Shown here piece after piece: positions 25,497-44,189 of a DNA stretch of 64,000 nucleotides. Origin of the DNA: Octopus vulgaris (Eukaryota); NCBI GenBank assembly GCA_951406725.2, contig OX597819.1, positions 115,134,001 through 115,198,000 of the forward strand, in the 5' to 3' direction. How positions within the stretch are numbered: the stretch's first letter is position 1; each line of letters begins with the position of its first letter. The notes under the pieces are model-generated. The model was not told where the DNA came from and did no database searches. It saw only the letters and a list, made by a program, of their open reading frames with translations. The translations under genes were made by a program, and so were the position numbers.

Positions 25497-27293
25497 ATGG
25501 AAGAAAAATACTACGACTGTGAATTTTGTAGGGAAGTGTTTCCAACTAATGAAGAATTGAGTGCTCATAAACTCATTCATGCAGCAGAAAAACCCTATCA
25601 ATGTGAGGATTGTGGGACCGCATTCTCTGAGAGTAGTGAGTTATTATCTCATAAATGTACAGTTCATACAGGAGACAAACGAAGCCAATGTGAAATTTGT
25701 GGGAAATCTTTTTCGAAAAATAGTAATCTTTCTGCTCATGTACGCACTGTTCATATGGGAGAAAAGCCGTACATTTGTGAATTTTGTGGGAAAGCTTTTA
25801 CAGCAGCTTGTGGTTTAACAAGACACAAAACTCTTCATACAGGAGAAAAGCCCCATGTTTGTCAAATCTGTGGTAAGGCATTTCCTAGAATCCATGAATT
25901 ATCAGTTCATACATATACACATACTGATGAAAATCCATTCAAATGTGACATTTGTGAGAAAGTATTTTCTTCAGGCAGTTCATTAAAACGTCATACATAT
26001 ACACATACTGGTGAAAAACCTTATCGTTGTAGTGTTTGTGGGAAAGCATTTTCTAATACCGGTTCATTAGAATTTCATAAATATACTCATACAAATGAGA
26101 AACCATATAAATGTGACATTTGTGGAAAAGCATTTCCCAGAAACTGTGACCTTTCAGTTCATAAATATATTCATACTGGGGAAAAACCATACAATTGTGA
26201 CATTTGTGGTAAAGCCTTCTCTAGAAACCAAGACCTTACAATTCATAGATATACTCATACAGATGAAAAGCCATATAGTTGTGAGGTTTGCGGGAAATCT
26301 TTTACTAGAAATCACGACCTTTCAGTTCATAAATATAGTCACACTGGTGAAAAACCATTCAAATGTGAAATTTGTGGGAAAGCTTTTTCCGGAAAACGAT
26401 ATCTTTCAGTTCATAAATATACTCACACGGATGAGAAACCTTACAAATGTGATGTTTGTGGGAAAGCATTTCCTAGAAACTGTGATCTTTCAATTCATAA
26501 ATATACTCATAGTGATGAAAAACCATATAAATGTGATGTTTGTGGAAAAGCATTTGCTAGAAACCGTGACCTTACAGTTCACACATACACTCACACTGGT
26601 GAAAAGCCATACAAATGTGACGTTTGCGATAAAGCATTTTGTAAAAAAGGTTCATTAAAAGTTCATAAATATAATCATACTGGTGAAAAACCATACAAAT
26701 GTGACATTTGTGACAGAGCATTTTCTAATAATGGTTCATTACAATTTCATAAATATAGTCATACAGATGAAAAACCTTTCAAATGTGACATTTGTGGGAA
26801 AGGATTCCCTAGAAACAGTGATCTTTCAGTCCATAAATATGTCCATTCTGATGAAAAACCATATAATTGTGACATTTGTGGTAAAGCATTTTCTAGAAAC
26901 TATGACCTTTCTGTTCATATATATAGTCATACAGGAGGAAAACCATACAAATGTGACACTTGTGGGAAAACGTTCTCTAGAAACTGTGACCTTTCAGTTC
27001 ATAAGTATACTCATACTGATGAAAAGCCATACAAATGTGATGTTTGTGGGAAAGCATTTCCTAGAAATCATGACCTCTCAGTTCATAAATCTACACATAC
27101 AGGTGAAAAACCTTATAAATGTGACATTTGTGGGAAAGAATATCCTAGAAACTGTGACCTCTCAGCTCATAAATATACTCATAGTGGTGAAAAACCATAC
27201 AAATGTGACATTTGTGAGAAAGCGTTTTCTCGAAATATTTCCTTAACAAGACATAAGAAGACTCATATTGGGAAAATAATCATAACTGTGTGA
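25497..27293 (+). CDS. C2H2 zinc-finger protein, 21 fingers (ZNF gene 3)
   Basis: ORF 25446..27293; ATG at 25497 (MEEKYYDCEFC); 21 tandem fingers with TGEKP/TDEKP linkers. Acceptor tttatttcAG at 25057-25058. Confidence 0.95.
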   Translation: MEEKYYDCEFCREVFPTNEELSAHKLIHAAEKPYQCEDCGTAFSESSELLSHKCTVHTGDKRSQCEICGKSFSKNSNLSAHVRTVHMGEKPYICEFCGKAFTAACGLTRHKTLHTGEKPHVCQICGKAFPRIHELSVHTYTHTDENPFKCDICEKVFSSGSSLKRHTYTHTGEKPYRCSVCGKAFSNTGSLEFHKYTHTNEKPYKCDICGKAFPRNCDLSVHKYIHTGEKPYNCDICGKAFSRNQDLTIHRYTHTDEKPYSCEVCGKSFTRNHDLSVHKYSHTGEKPFKCEICGKAFSGKRYLSVHKYTHTDEKPYKCDVCGKAFPRNCDLSIHKYTHSDEKPYKCDVCGKAFARNRDLTVHTYTHTGEKPYKCDVCDKAFCKKGSLKVHKYNHTGEKPYKCDICDRAFSNNGSLQFHKYSHTDEKPFKCDICGKGFPRNSDLSVHKYVHSDEKPYNCDICGKAFSRNYDLSVHIYSHTGGKPYKCDTCGKTFSRNCDLSVHKYTHTDEKPYKCDVCGKAFPRNHDLSVHKSTHTGEKPYKCDICGKEYPRNCDLSAHKYTHSGEKPYKCDICEKAFSRNISLTRHKKTHIGKIIITV

Positions 27294-28339
27294 AACTTCT
27301 GTAGAGAAATCTACAAAATATAAAATGATAGATGAAAATCTGTCCTGGTACAACTGAGAAGCAGTATTATTGACATATTTGAACTTTTCTTTCATTTCTA
27401 TTGAAATACACTTTCTTTTGTATACAACTTAATTAAATACAGGTTATTCCTGATTCTTTCATTATTCCTTTTCTATTATCTCTATGACTCCCTCTGACCA
27501 ACCCACAGATTCTTTACCTTGTAACAATTGTAAATTTGTGAAACTACCTCTTCTACAATATAACTGATGTACTTGAATTTATTCTCTCATTGTTATTGAA
27601 GCGGTCTTTGTTCTTTCAGATATTCTGATTGTATAGTAAGCATTTATTTTTATTTGTTTGGATTGAAAGATAACAGTTTTATATCATGTCTTTAGTTAAG
27701 AATGAAATAATGATATCAGTAATTTTATTTTTAAATATGCTAAATAACAGTATTTCAGCTCTTATTTGCTTTTATTTTTTACATTGTTGAATTGGTAATT
27801 TTATTTCACCACTTTCAAAGTTGTCCATTCTCTCACTAATGGTCTCTGGTCTTTGAAACTCAATTTAATTGCTCTTGACACTAGCAAAGATTTTGGTCAT
27901 ATCTTCATTAAGAACCTTCTGAAAGAAAATAGTTTTGCAGCATGTATTTCCTGTTAAAAGTATATTGTATACACTCTAGTGTGACTCACTAATTCTAATA
28001 CAGACCCACCTTCATACCTTTAAAACGAAGGTTATAACAGGTGTTATCCCAGAGATCTTGAATACATCTTTAAATGAAGATATTTCAATGTACAACCACA
28101 ACCTACTTACATATTAAACTTTCAATCTCTGTAAATGTTAAGCCTCACAGTCTCTCTTAATTCTTGTGATGTCCACATATCCAAGTCATCCTTGTCTTTC
28201 AAAAGTCAAAAGTCCTTGTTTCAGATTTTGATGCTATATAACACTGAACAACTACTGGCCCTCTTTAAAGCAAAAGTATGACCAACACAGGAATACTGTT
28301 CACAAATGCGTGACAGCTTAACTGATTATAGTATTATTG

Positions 28340-29940
28340 TGGGGCCTGGAAGGTGGAGACTCATGAGTAAGTTGGGAATATCTACAAGTGGAATGAAACC
28401 AGCCAACTCCAAGGAACAGAGCTCTAGAGAATGCAAAAGGAGTAGCCAGCACATCTGTAGGACAGAGACAAGCATGTGGGTAAAACACTTCATCCAGTCA
28501 ATCGGGTGCTTTTCTAGTGGTATCTGGGTAAATGTAGCCAAGACAGTAGAGATGAACTAGCATAATTGTCTAGTTGCAGCACCATCCAGATATGGAAGCA
28601 GTTTTTCAATGTGGTTGTTATGAGGGCTTTGTAGAAGGTTAGTGTATGATGGGGACTTGAGTATATTTTGTCAAGAAGGAAAAGGCCTGGCTTTTTAATG
28701 CAGTCTTTCATTTGTTGGTAATATGCATATGTCGAGAGACCATCAGTGATATTGAAGATTTGAAACGATCAAGAGAATTCTATTTGTGTGATGTTTATTT
28801 TGGGGGGATTGGGCATATATTGGAGCGGTGAGTCGCTATGTTTTGGTATATGAATTCTTCTTTTTGCTGTTTAAAAGACAAGATTGACATGATATAAGAT
28901 ATTTCTCAGGTTTCTGTCCAAGAAGTGATTGCACAGTCCGTGTGTGATGTCAGGTTAATATGTGGATGATGCTTGAGTACAGAAGGTTTGAGAGGAAAGA
29001 GGGACATATTGCTGGAGTTGACGGCAAGAAGATGATTAGAAAAAATGTAGGTGACAAAACTGAGCCGTTGATCTTACAAGTGTTGAGTGGGTGTTTTAGA
29101 CGACATGAGCAAATGCTGCAACAATGTGATCTGTCAGGAAGCCACTGAGCCAAGAGAGGAGAAATGAATTGAATCCATAGGTGAACAATTTTTTTAGAAA
29201 GTAAACATTATCTTGTAGCAAAACTTCCCACCTTGGACTCAGTCTGCCAGATATAAGCAGAAGCTTTGCTCACGTCAGAACTTTTTGAGAGCAAGAACTG
29301 CCAGAGCAACTATTAAGCTAACTTGATGTGCTATAAGTCCTGAGAAGTGGGGGATGGTGTGCATATGTGAATGTTTGGTAGATAGTTGTGATAAGGTAGT
29401 TGTTGGAAAACCCAATAAGTTGCATAGAGTTATGATCTGTTGGAAGCTACATTTAGAAGTGACAAAAAAATCGAGGAAATTTGTGTGTCAGTCAAGGATG
29501 TATTTAGATGATGAAACCATTTCTGTACCGACAGTGACTGTATGGGAGGAACTGAGAGCATTGAACTTAATAAGGGTGATGATTTTGGGTGAAGTGAGAT
29601 AGATGTCATTGATGCAGGAAGAGATATGATTGAAGAGTTGGTAATTCAGGGAGTTTTGAAAGTGATAGAGGACGCAAGTGTATTTAGAGAAATATGTATG
29701 GCTGTAAGACTTTGAGGCGGCATAAAGTGTCTGAGATGTTTGAGTCTAAGATTGTGCAGACACCATCTTTCGTGGTGGTATCTGAGTAAATACAGTAGAG
29801 ATGGACTATAGCGTTAAGAAATTTGTGTTGAGAGTAATGTTATGAGTAGTCTGCGTGTCTGTAAGAGGTGTTGATGTGGTCTTAGTTCAATAGGGGTATA
29901 CAAATATGGAGTTGAGAAAGGATAATTGTCGTGATTACAA
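28340..29940 (-). mobile_element. Highly degenerate CR1/Jockey-group LINE ORF2
   Basis: ORF 28514..28711 contains YSSPHHTLTFYKALITTTLKNCFHIW, resembling the conserved LYKAQIRPxLEYCSHIW post-RT motif; limits approximate. Confidence 0.5.
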
Positions 29941-31530
29941 CTCTGAAGCCTAGAACGAATTCTGCTAAAGGTACCTAAGAACCAGGAGGTGGTGTTAACT
30001 GGGCGGCATGCTGTGTCTTATATCTAGAAAGGATAAGGAGCCCTCTGCGCCATGTATAACTGACTAAATGAAGCAAATGATGGCCCAGGATCAAATAAGT
30101 ATCGGTAGCTTTTCGGTAGAAATGTTGCTCCATATAAAAATACGAGTGTATGTGTATATATGTGTGTGCATGTAAATTATATTTAACTTTAACTCGTTCA
30201 TACACACATCGACGTAGGAACACTTTGGCAGTGGAAACTCGCGAGAAAATCATTCTCCAAATAGACAATATGTGAAACTCATCCAGCATGCTAACAATTC
30301 TGTCAGCTCGCCGCCCTACACACACACACACACACATATATGCCATTACGTTCTGATTTCAAATTCCGCCGAGGCCGACTTTGCCTTTCATCCCTTCGGG
30401 GTCGATTAAATAAGCACCAGTAACGCACGGGTGTCTATATAATCGACTTTGTCTGTTTGTCCCCTCTGTTTAACCCCCTGTGGGCAATAAAGAAATATAT
30501 ATATAAACTGGGTCGGGATTATGGATTTTCTGTTTGTCTCACGTCTGTTTTTACATTCAATGTACGTTATGTCGTTTCTTTATGTATTTTTTCACTTATC
30601 AAGTAATGGAACGCAACTCAAACGAATTTGTATTAACAAGTAAGTTTTTTTATAAACCCGTGTGACTTTCTCTCTTGCCTTCATTCTTTCCCCTATTCTT
30701 TCTCTCACTCTGTCACTTCTATTCTAGCCTTCCTACTTACTCCTTCTCTCTCTACCTCTTATACTCCTATCTCCTTCCTTCCTCTTATATTCCTACCCTT
30801 TCTCCCTCTTGTATTCCTAGCCTTTCTCCTTCCCTTTCATCCACTCCCCCTTTTTCTTTGTCGCTTTCTCTCTCTGTGGTCTTTCCCCTCTGCCTGCTGC
30901 TTTCACATGATCGGCCAGTTCTTCCTTTTCTTTCTTTCTTAGACTTGTTCCTGAGCTGGCCAGTCCCAAATTCTCTTACCGTGTCACTTCTATTGTAGCC
31001 TTACTACTTACTCTCTTTCTCCCTTTTCTATTCCTAGACTTTCTCACTCTTGTATTCCTAGCCTTTCTCCTTTCCCTTCATCCTCTTCCCCCTTCTTTGC
31101 TCTGTCGCTTCTCCACCTGCTGTTGTCATGTGACCAGTGGCTAGTTCCTTTTTTTCTTCCTTTCTTAGACTGGTCCCTTAGCTGACCATTCACAAATTCT
31201 TTCTCCGTTGTTGTCATGTGACCAGTGGCTAGTTCCTTTTTTTCTTCCTTTCTTAGACTGGTCCCTTAGCTGACCATTCACAAATTCTTTCTCCGTTCTC
31301 AATCGTTCAAAACATTTTTAGGCGTCACCCACTATTCCAGTTTTATTGGTCCCCAAGGCCGTATTTTGATCAACTGTTTGTCCTCGTCCATCGTCCATCG
31401 TCCTAAATCACACTACTATTTTGCTTGTTTTGTTTCGTTTTCTTTGCTCTTTGTCCATAATTCCACGCAAGAAAACTTTTTCTTTTGCGAGCACCGCCAA
31501 TTGGGAAGCATTCAGTCTTATTGTTAAAGG

Positions 31531-31572
31531 TGCGAAACTGAAAAGTACCGTTGGTCGATAGCTGATGAAGGG
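31531..31572 (+). ncRNA. Hammerhead core in type II order (mirror 58350-58391, -)
   Basis: TGC-GAAA-CT-gaaa-AG-TA-CCGTT-ggtc-GATAG-CTGATGA-AGGG: helix III closed by a GAAA tetraloop, imperfect helix I hairpin, open and weak helix II. Confidence 0.55.
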
Positions 31573-33369
31573 TTATGGACTTTCTGTTCGTCTCCTGTTT
31601 GTTTTTACAATCGGTACACGTTATGTCGTTTTTGAAAAATATTTTTTTTCATTTAGATATTTATATATATCATTTGCAAACCTCCTCTCCCCCCCTCTCT
31701 CTCTATGTATGTTTTGTGTAAAAACAATAAAAAACACAGAAGTCACACAGTTTGATAAATAAGGTATCAGCTTTATGTTTTAATGGAAAGAGATACTTAA
31801 ACGTTTCGGGCGTTAAGTCTTCACTAGAAGTAGAAATGGAGAAGTGTAGATAGAGTAAAAAAGAGAAATAGGAAAAGACGATCAACAGATTAGAAATCAG
31901 ATACACACATACATATGCATACAATTTTTGATTAATACAGAATTTCTACTGTAGAAATATTGTTCTTCAACACGCTGACCGAAAAAAACAAAGCAAACCC
32001 AAACAAAAGACCCATGTATACCGGTCTCATTTTGTAAATAGTATTTTATGGTTGAGTGGCTTTTGTTAAAATGTTTTGAGTCTTGTTTTGATCAAGAATG
32101 AAAGGTTTTCGGGCTTTTCTTTATGAAAGACGAAATTTATTGTGGCTTAGTATGTTACTATATGAATTTTGTTTATGTCATTGAAGAATCCGAGAATGCA
32201 TTTTTAGAATTATATATTTTTAGGTGAATTTTCTTGTGTGTGTATGTTTTTATAAAGGTTCAGATTTAAGTTCATATAAAATCAACTATTTAATTAATTG
32301 GATTAAACTATAATTCTGTCAGAAACATTCATCTTTATCGTTCCATATCTTTTGGACATGACACAAAATCTTTCTGTATCAAATTAGCCTCGTATTGTCG
32401 GTCGTCTTTAATTTTAGTCCCTTCGAATCCCGACAAAATGTTCCTCTTTATCTATTTGGGCTGTAGTTAGTACAACCATTTGTAACTAGCACCAGTAATT
32501 CTACATTGGTAGTCGGTCGGTTTAGTGTGCATTGGTAACATAGCATTCTTTCATGAGTAAACGATTTGACTAGGGAAAAAAAAAGCACACCCATCCAATT
32601 TTGTCGATTTTCTGCTACGTCCGAGGACCGGGTTATGTAATGAAGGAATTACAATTAGCGCTGAAATCAAGGTTTGTGGTAATCGTGTGAAGACAGACTT
32701 GTATGATGAAAAGTTGGGTTATGAATCTGTATGTATGAGTAAGAGACGATCAACGAAGTAATATATGTGTGTACATGTCTCTGCATGTGAGTGGGGCGGC
32801 AAAAGTGAAAGAGAAGTAAGGTAGAATATGAGAATTAGTGAAGATGACAGCGGTAAGAGATATGCTACAAATGTCGTTAAGCATTACTAATAGTATAACA
32901 AATGACATCGCTATGTTGATGAAATGAATTCTCTAAGTACGTTTGTGCGTCATGTGTGCATGATAAAATTACGCAATTGTGCATGATGGTTGAGAGTATT
33001 TGATATTCTTTAGTGTTATGAATAAGAAAGGAAATGATTGATTTGATAGGTACAACTAATAGCTTGTTCTGTAAGATTTCAACACGACTGTTCAATAATA
33101 TTTATACAATAGCTTAAGTAATGTTGTGAAGTAGGAGAACTTAGAGTAGGTATCCTTCGGTGTCTTGCTTTAAACATTCATGGATAACCCGCGGAACTTC
33201 CTTCATGGCGCGCCACGACGAAAAGTTACCTTGAATTTTTTAGTAGTGCTGTCTGCTCGATGATGAACCAAATCTCATACGGCACGCTCATACAGCAGAG
33301 GCTTAACATCGATCCATAATGCCTTTGAATGTCGTATCATATCCCTTCGGCAACATCTTTTAACCACCA

Positions 33370-34130
33370 AGTTTCAAAGTGCATGCCTGGACCAAGTTTG
33401 CATATATGAGGCTGATGACATCATAAGAGTTGGAAAGCAGCTCCTTGAGCAACATTCCTTGTCTGACCACCTTAAATACATACCCAAAGAAGTCACACGA
33501 CTCTACCGCAATGTTTCATCAGATGAAAGGATGAGCATATATGAGCAGAAGACTATGCATGGATATGTTAGAAGAAAGCTCCGAGATGATAGTAACGTTG
33601 ATCATCATAGCAGTCTATTATGAACGAATAAAGAAATACAATTCAATAAAGAAATACTATTACGGACGAATAGCCAGATTCCTACCTCCCACTTTGAAAG
33701 GTATGCGTTTGCAATCCATGAACAGGAAATATCACTCAAATACCTGATGCACAAAAAGAATAGAAATGTAGGAAAAGCAGTAAAATGTGACAACCTATGA
33801 GAGACTTTGTGGAGTTAACACCGAAGATATCACCCACATCATAAGCAGTTGTCCGAAAATGTCATCACGCTATTATCTATCGATGAGACATGATGTTGTA
33901 GCCAGGACACTCTATAATGAAATCCGTCGGAAGGATAACCCCGAGGACAAAGAAATAAGAACCCACAGTATGGTAGAAGTCTTAGCCACTTATAACAAAA
34001 AGTAGTACTCGTGGAATGTCCCAGTAAAAATCTCAATAAAATGTAACTGCAACAGACATGATATAATGATTTGGGATAGAGAAGAGAAACTGTGTACATT
34101 TGTGGAAATTAGCTGCCCAGCGAATATAAA
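33370..34130 (+). mobile_element. R4/Dong-like (RLE-type) non-LTR retrotransposon C-terminal fragment (mirror ~55833-56560, -)
   Basis: AIHEQEI, degenerate CCHC knuckle (RLCGVNTEDITHIISSC), RHDVVA and NRHDIMIWDREEKLCTFVEISCP restriction-like endonuclease motifs. Confidence 0.72.
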
Positions 34131-34507
34131 CAATATATATATATAAATAATACACACGCACACACATATATATATTCTAATTGAATATGTATATATATTC
34201 TGATTGAACCGAAGCGGGTGACATGTGACGAACTTGCTTGTGGAAAGTGTCCACACTGGAAACCAAGCATTTTATAACATGTTTGGTGCATTCACGCAAT
34301 TCTCAACCTCTGCACACAGGACATAACATTATAAAACAGAATGACAGAATAAGAGATAAGGTGAGAAGAAAGCAGTTTTAAAAGATTGAAAGTTAAAAAC
34401 ACCGGAAAAAGAAAAGGGGAAAAAAAAGATAAATGGAAAGAATTAGGCCCGTATCTGTTCAGCCTCATAACTTTATGACATAACACCCAGTGGAGAGGGT
34501 CCTAGAG

Positions 34508-34756
34508 TCAGCAGCACAGCTCTTCATTCGGTGTAGGTGGTATTTTACAATTCGCCACGGGGAACATATCCATATATTTACACCGGTTGAAAGATTCAGC
34601 TCTAGAATTCAGCAGTACGGTGGAGTTCTTAGAACTGAAAATAATCTGTGATCTTTCAGCAACGCAAAGCTTACCTTTTTTCAATCCGTTGACATATGGT
34701 GTGGACTTTTCATCTATTTCCCACTTGATTGTATGTGATGTAGTGTTAGGTTTCAA
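34508..34756 (-). mobile_element. Penelope-like (Naiad-type) GIY-YIG endonuclease C-terminal relic (mirror ~52790-53040, +)
   Basis: IKWEIDEKSTPYVNGLKKGKLCVAERSQII...LLNSRAESFNRCKY resembles the W-I---A-PY----K-C-LC--EK--I...LN-R-E----C-H end of these endonucleases; abuts (TA)n. Confidence 0.6.
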
Positions 34757-34798
34757 ACCCCATACTTAGCTAGCTAACTTAGTGCTTTACTCATGTCA

Positions 34799-34839
<41 letters not shown>

Positions 34840-34840
<1 letters not shown>

Positions 34841-35310
34841 TTATAAATGAGGGTGAAAAATTGATATTAATTTAATAATACCATTAATTTAACACCGAGT
34901 GGCTTAGCACAAAAAACTACGGAGAAAATACAAATTTATACATAAATTATTAGAGAGTTAACCACTATGTCGATAACTCTAGTGCTAAAAATAGCTCCGA
35001 AGCAACCACAGAAGATCTGTTTCCAACTAGAATCAACATACATTTAACGGAAGGAAAGTGAAATACAACGAATAAAATAGATTGACCCTGTACAATTGTT
35101 TCATTACTAATGTAATATGTAGTTTTACTTACACATACATCTATAAATCTTCGGCAGAGTTTGTCTCAAATGCAATTCGAGCGTCAAAAACACTTTCCTT
35201 CCGTTAAATGTATGTTGATTCTAGTTGGAAACAGATCTTCTGTGGTTGCTTCGGAGCTATTTTTAGCACTAGAGTTATCCACATAGTGGTTAACTCTCTA
35301 ATAATTTATG

Positions 35311-35312
<2 letters not shown>
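34840..35312 (-). mobile_element. Fold-back element in (TA)n, left arm only
   Basis: Arms ~34938-35060 and ~35191-35312 flanked by (TA)n; the right arm has only (TA)n at ~52700-52745. Confidence 0.75.
35085..35160 (-). ncRNA. Hammerhead-like motif (CCGAAGA core variant)
   Basis: Minus strand ACTCTG-CCGAAGA-TTTA...TAAT-GAAA-CAATTG-TA-CAGGGT; stem I pairs; helix III palindrome ACAATTGT. Confidence 0.6.
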
Positions 35313-35353
<41 letters not shown>

Positions 35354-35478
35354 ACCGCGACATCCTGTGTCCTGTTTTTAATTTCATTTGATACATACAT
35401 ATATATATATATATACATACATACATACATGCATATATATACACACTCTCTTCCTCTCCTTCTCTCTGTTATATATAA

Positions 35479-35516
<38 letters not shown>

Positions 35517-35997
35517 AGAAATGAATTCAATTCTCAATGTGAAGTTTGAATTGTCTCAAGGCGGTACCAAATATTTTAGCTTTCACAATATTATTTCATA
35601 ACAACTCATAGTTCAACAGTCTTCAGATGAATTCCGTTTTGCTTTTGAAATATAACCAATTTGTGGAACAGTAATATGACCAATTTGTGAAACAGTAATT
35701 GTGGTTACTCTACAAAACAGTGTTATAATTTCTAATTTAACAAAGTAAAAATTTACTGCCTTTCCTAGTAATATAGTAATGCAACAGAAGAGATACAAAG
35801 TGCAGGCATAATATGATTCCAATATGGAATTATCCACCACAAAAATGCACACAGTGAAATAGTTGAACATTCCCAAGTGCCATTATAACAACAACAAATT
35901 GATAAATCATTTTATATTTTTATTGCATTCTCGATACATTGAGGAGATTGTTCTGCTGAAGTGTCTTCAAAGACAGATACTTTCATCAAAGTAATTC

Positions 35998-42147
<6,150 letters not shown>

Positions 42148-42408
42148 GGTATCACTAGATGTTAAGTTACTAGCGTAGAAGAGCTGAACTGATGCTAACG
42201 TTATGGAGAGTAAGGTATTTATAGGTAAGCCTCATTAGTAAAACATCTTTTCGTGAAAGAACAGCTGTATATTCTAACAATATCGCAAAGAACAACAAAG
42301 AACGTTTCAATGTTATCATACAAAATATCTAATTATTAGAATTTTACATAATACTCACTAAAGCGATGTTCTAATTTCTATTAAAGGAATGTTGCCACGT
42401 TTCAATCA

Positions 42409-42680
42409 AAACTGAAAGAAGCCCGTCGTATATATGTATATATATATATATGCGTGTGTGTGTTTGTGTGAGTGTGTTTGTCCCCCTAGCATTGCTTGAC
42501 AACCGATGCTGGTGTGTTTATGTCCCCGTTACTTAGCGGTTCGGCAAAAGAGGCCGATAGAATAAGTGCTGGGCTTACAAAAAGAATAAGTCCCGGGGTC
42601 GATTTGCTCGATTAAATGCGGTGCTCCAGCATGGCCGCAGTCAAATGACTGAAACATGTAAAAGAGTAAAAGAGAGAGAG
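42409..42680 (+). mobile_element. 5'-truncated family 2 SINE at the inner breakpoint of the left arm
   Basis: Starts at AACTGAAAGAAGCCCGTCG (mid-SINE) a few bp after arm homology ends. Confidence 0.75.
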
Positions 42681-42877
42681 AATATACATACACACAAACA
42701 GATACGGGCACTAACACCCACACGCAGGCACAAAGATACACTCTCTCACGCACACGCGTAACACAAACATACACACACACACATACACACTACTGACCAA
42801 ACTATTCTTGGTGCTTTCAGTTCCTTCTTGCTTACGCCATCCTTTTCCAACTTGACTCAGAAATATTAATTTACATG

Positions 42878-44189
42878 TGTATGCGATGGCTCCCCTCTCG
42901 TGACCGTGGAGGTCCATCACTGGTTGGTAAGAACATTGTGCATTCTGACAAATTTTGACAAATTTGTGGCACCGCCGATCCCTAATGAGCCCAGCTCTTG
43001 ATAAACATACACGTCCGCAAGTATCGCAGACCAATCTCCATTGCCGGTGCATTTTAGTACAGCTCGCTTAAATTCTGTATGAAAAGCGTGTTTTTTTTTA
43101 GGGTGGGGGTCGAAAATACCCGCTGCTTGTTTCGCAATTGAACTCCCATATATCGCAAGCTTTCAGGAAGGACTTTTCACAATCCTTAAATCGTAGTCTT
43201 GGTTTCCAGTGTGGGCACTTTCCACAAGCAAGTACGTCACATATCACCCGCTTTGGAATTCTCCAATCATTCACCAAAAGATTGTGTCCTTTTCAACGTA
43301 GACAGTACTTGTACACCATCGCCTCAATGTTCAGGACGTTTGCTCCTCTCAACAGGAGTCCACAAGGACCAGCCAACATTTAGCATGTCTCAGATATCGC
43401 CGATTCATTACATGATTCATTATGTCTCAAATAAGTAAAGGGGTGACGTTAGCACATACGCACGGTACACAACTTTTGTTCACCTTGTGATGCCACGACG
43501 GAATCAGACACGAGAGTCAATAACTCTGAAAGAATCAGTTCGCTTCTGAAGCCCTAAAAATAGTTCGTTAACCAAGAAGCAAGAACAGCTGCCTGTGCTG
43601 CCCAAATAGACAAACTTGTCTACCAGTTTCAGTACTTTTCTTTCAACTAAGAAACCTCACAACAATCTTGTCCACTATTGTGAAACTAAGGAACATTACA
43701 GCAGTCTTGTTCCAAGTTATGCTGAATCTAAATACTTTGCAAGATGCAGAAATGTGATCCATGAGGATTCGTATATCTTCAACTATATGAGCAACTTAGT
43801 TGCAATCATCCGCATAAAGGAGGTCACAAATAAAAGACTGAAAAGCTTACCAATTCACAGCAAGTCGACGCAAGTAGAAGAGACCACCAGAAGATAAGTA
43901 CCTCACATATATCCTAGAAGAGCAACCCACAACAAAAGCATGAGTTAGGGTAACAGGAAAATACAAGGGGAAAACAATTGGAGCAAGAATGTCACCTTGC
44001 TTTACAGGAATGGGTCCTGCCATGCCAGTAAGACATTAATCCACGCCTCCACCACATCATGGATTAATTTACTTACTCATACAATGGAAGCCAGACAACC
44101 ATGTTTGCCGAATATTTTCCACAGGGAGGCCCTATTCACAGTCGTGTTGTCAGTCCTGCAGGATTTGTAGTAACCCTCCTCACCAGGCT
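42878..44189 (-). mobile_element. RTE-clade LINE 3' fragment in the spacer
   Basis: Minus strand encodes FVYLGST...RRGITR*TKVVYRAYVLTSPLY and the C-terminal CDTCGRVCLSRAGL zinc finger (ORF 42711..43052). Confidence 0.72.

Noticed and set aside
26095-27246. Two 187-aa alternative-frame ORFs (also 3332-3559 and 12095-12310)
   Set aside because: Shadow frames of the tandem C2H2 codon pattern.
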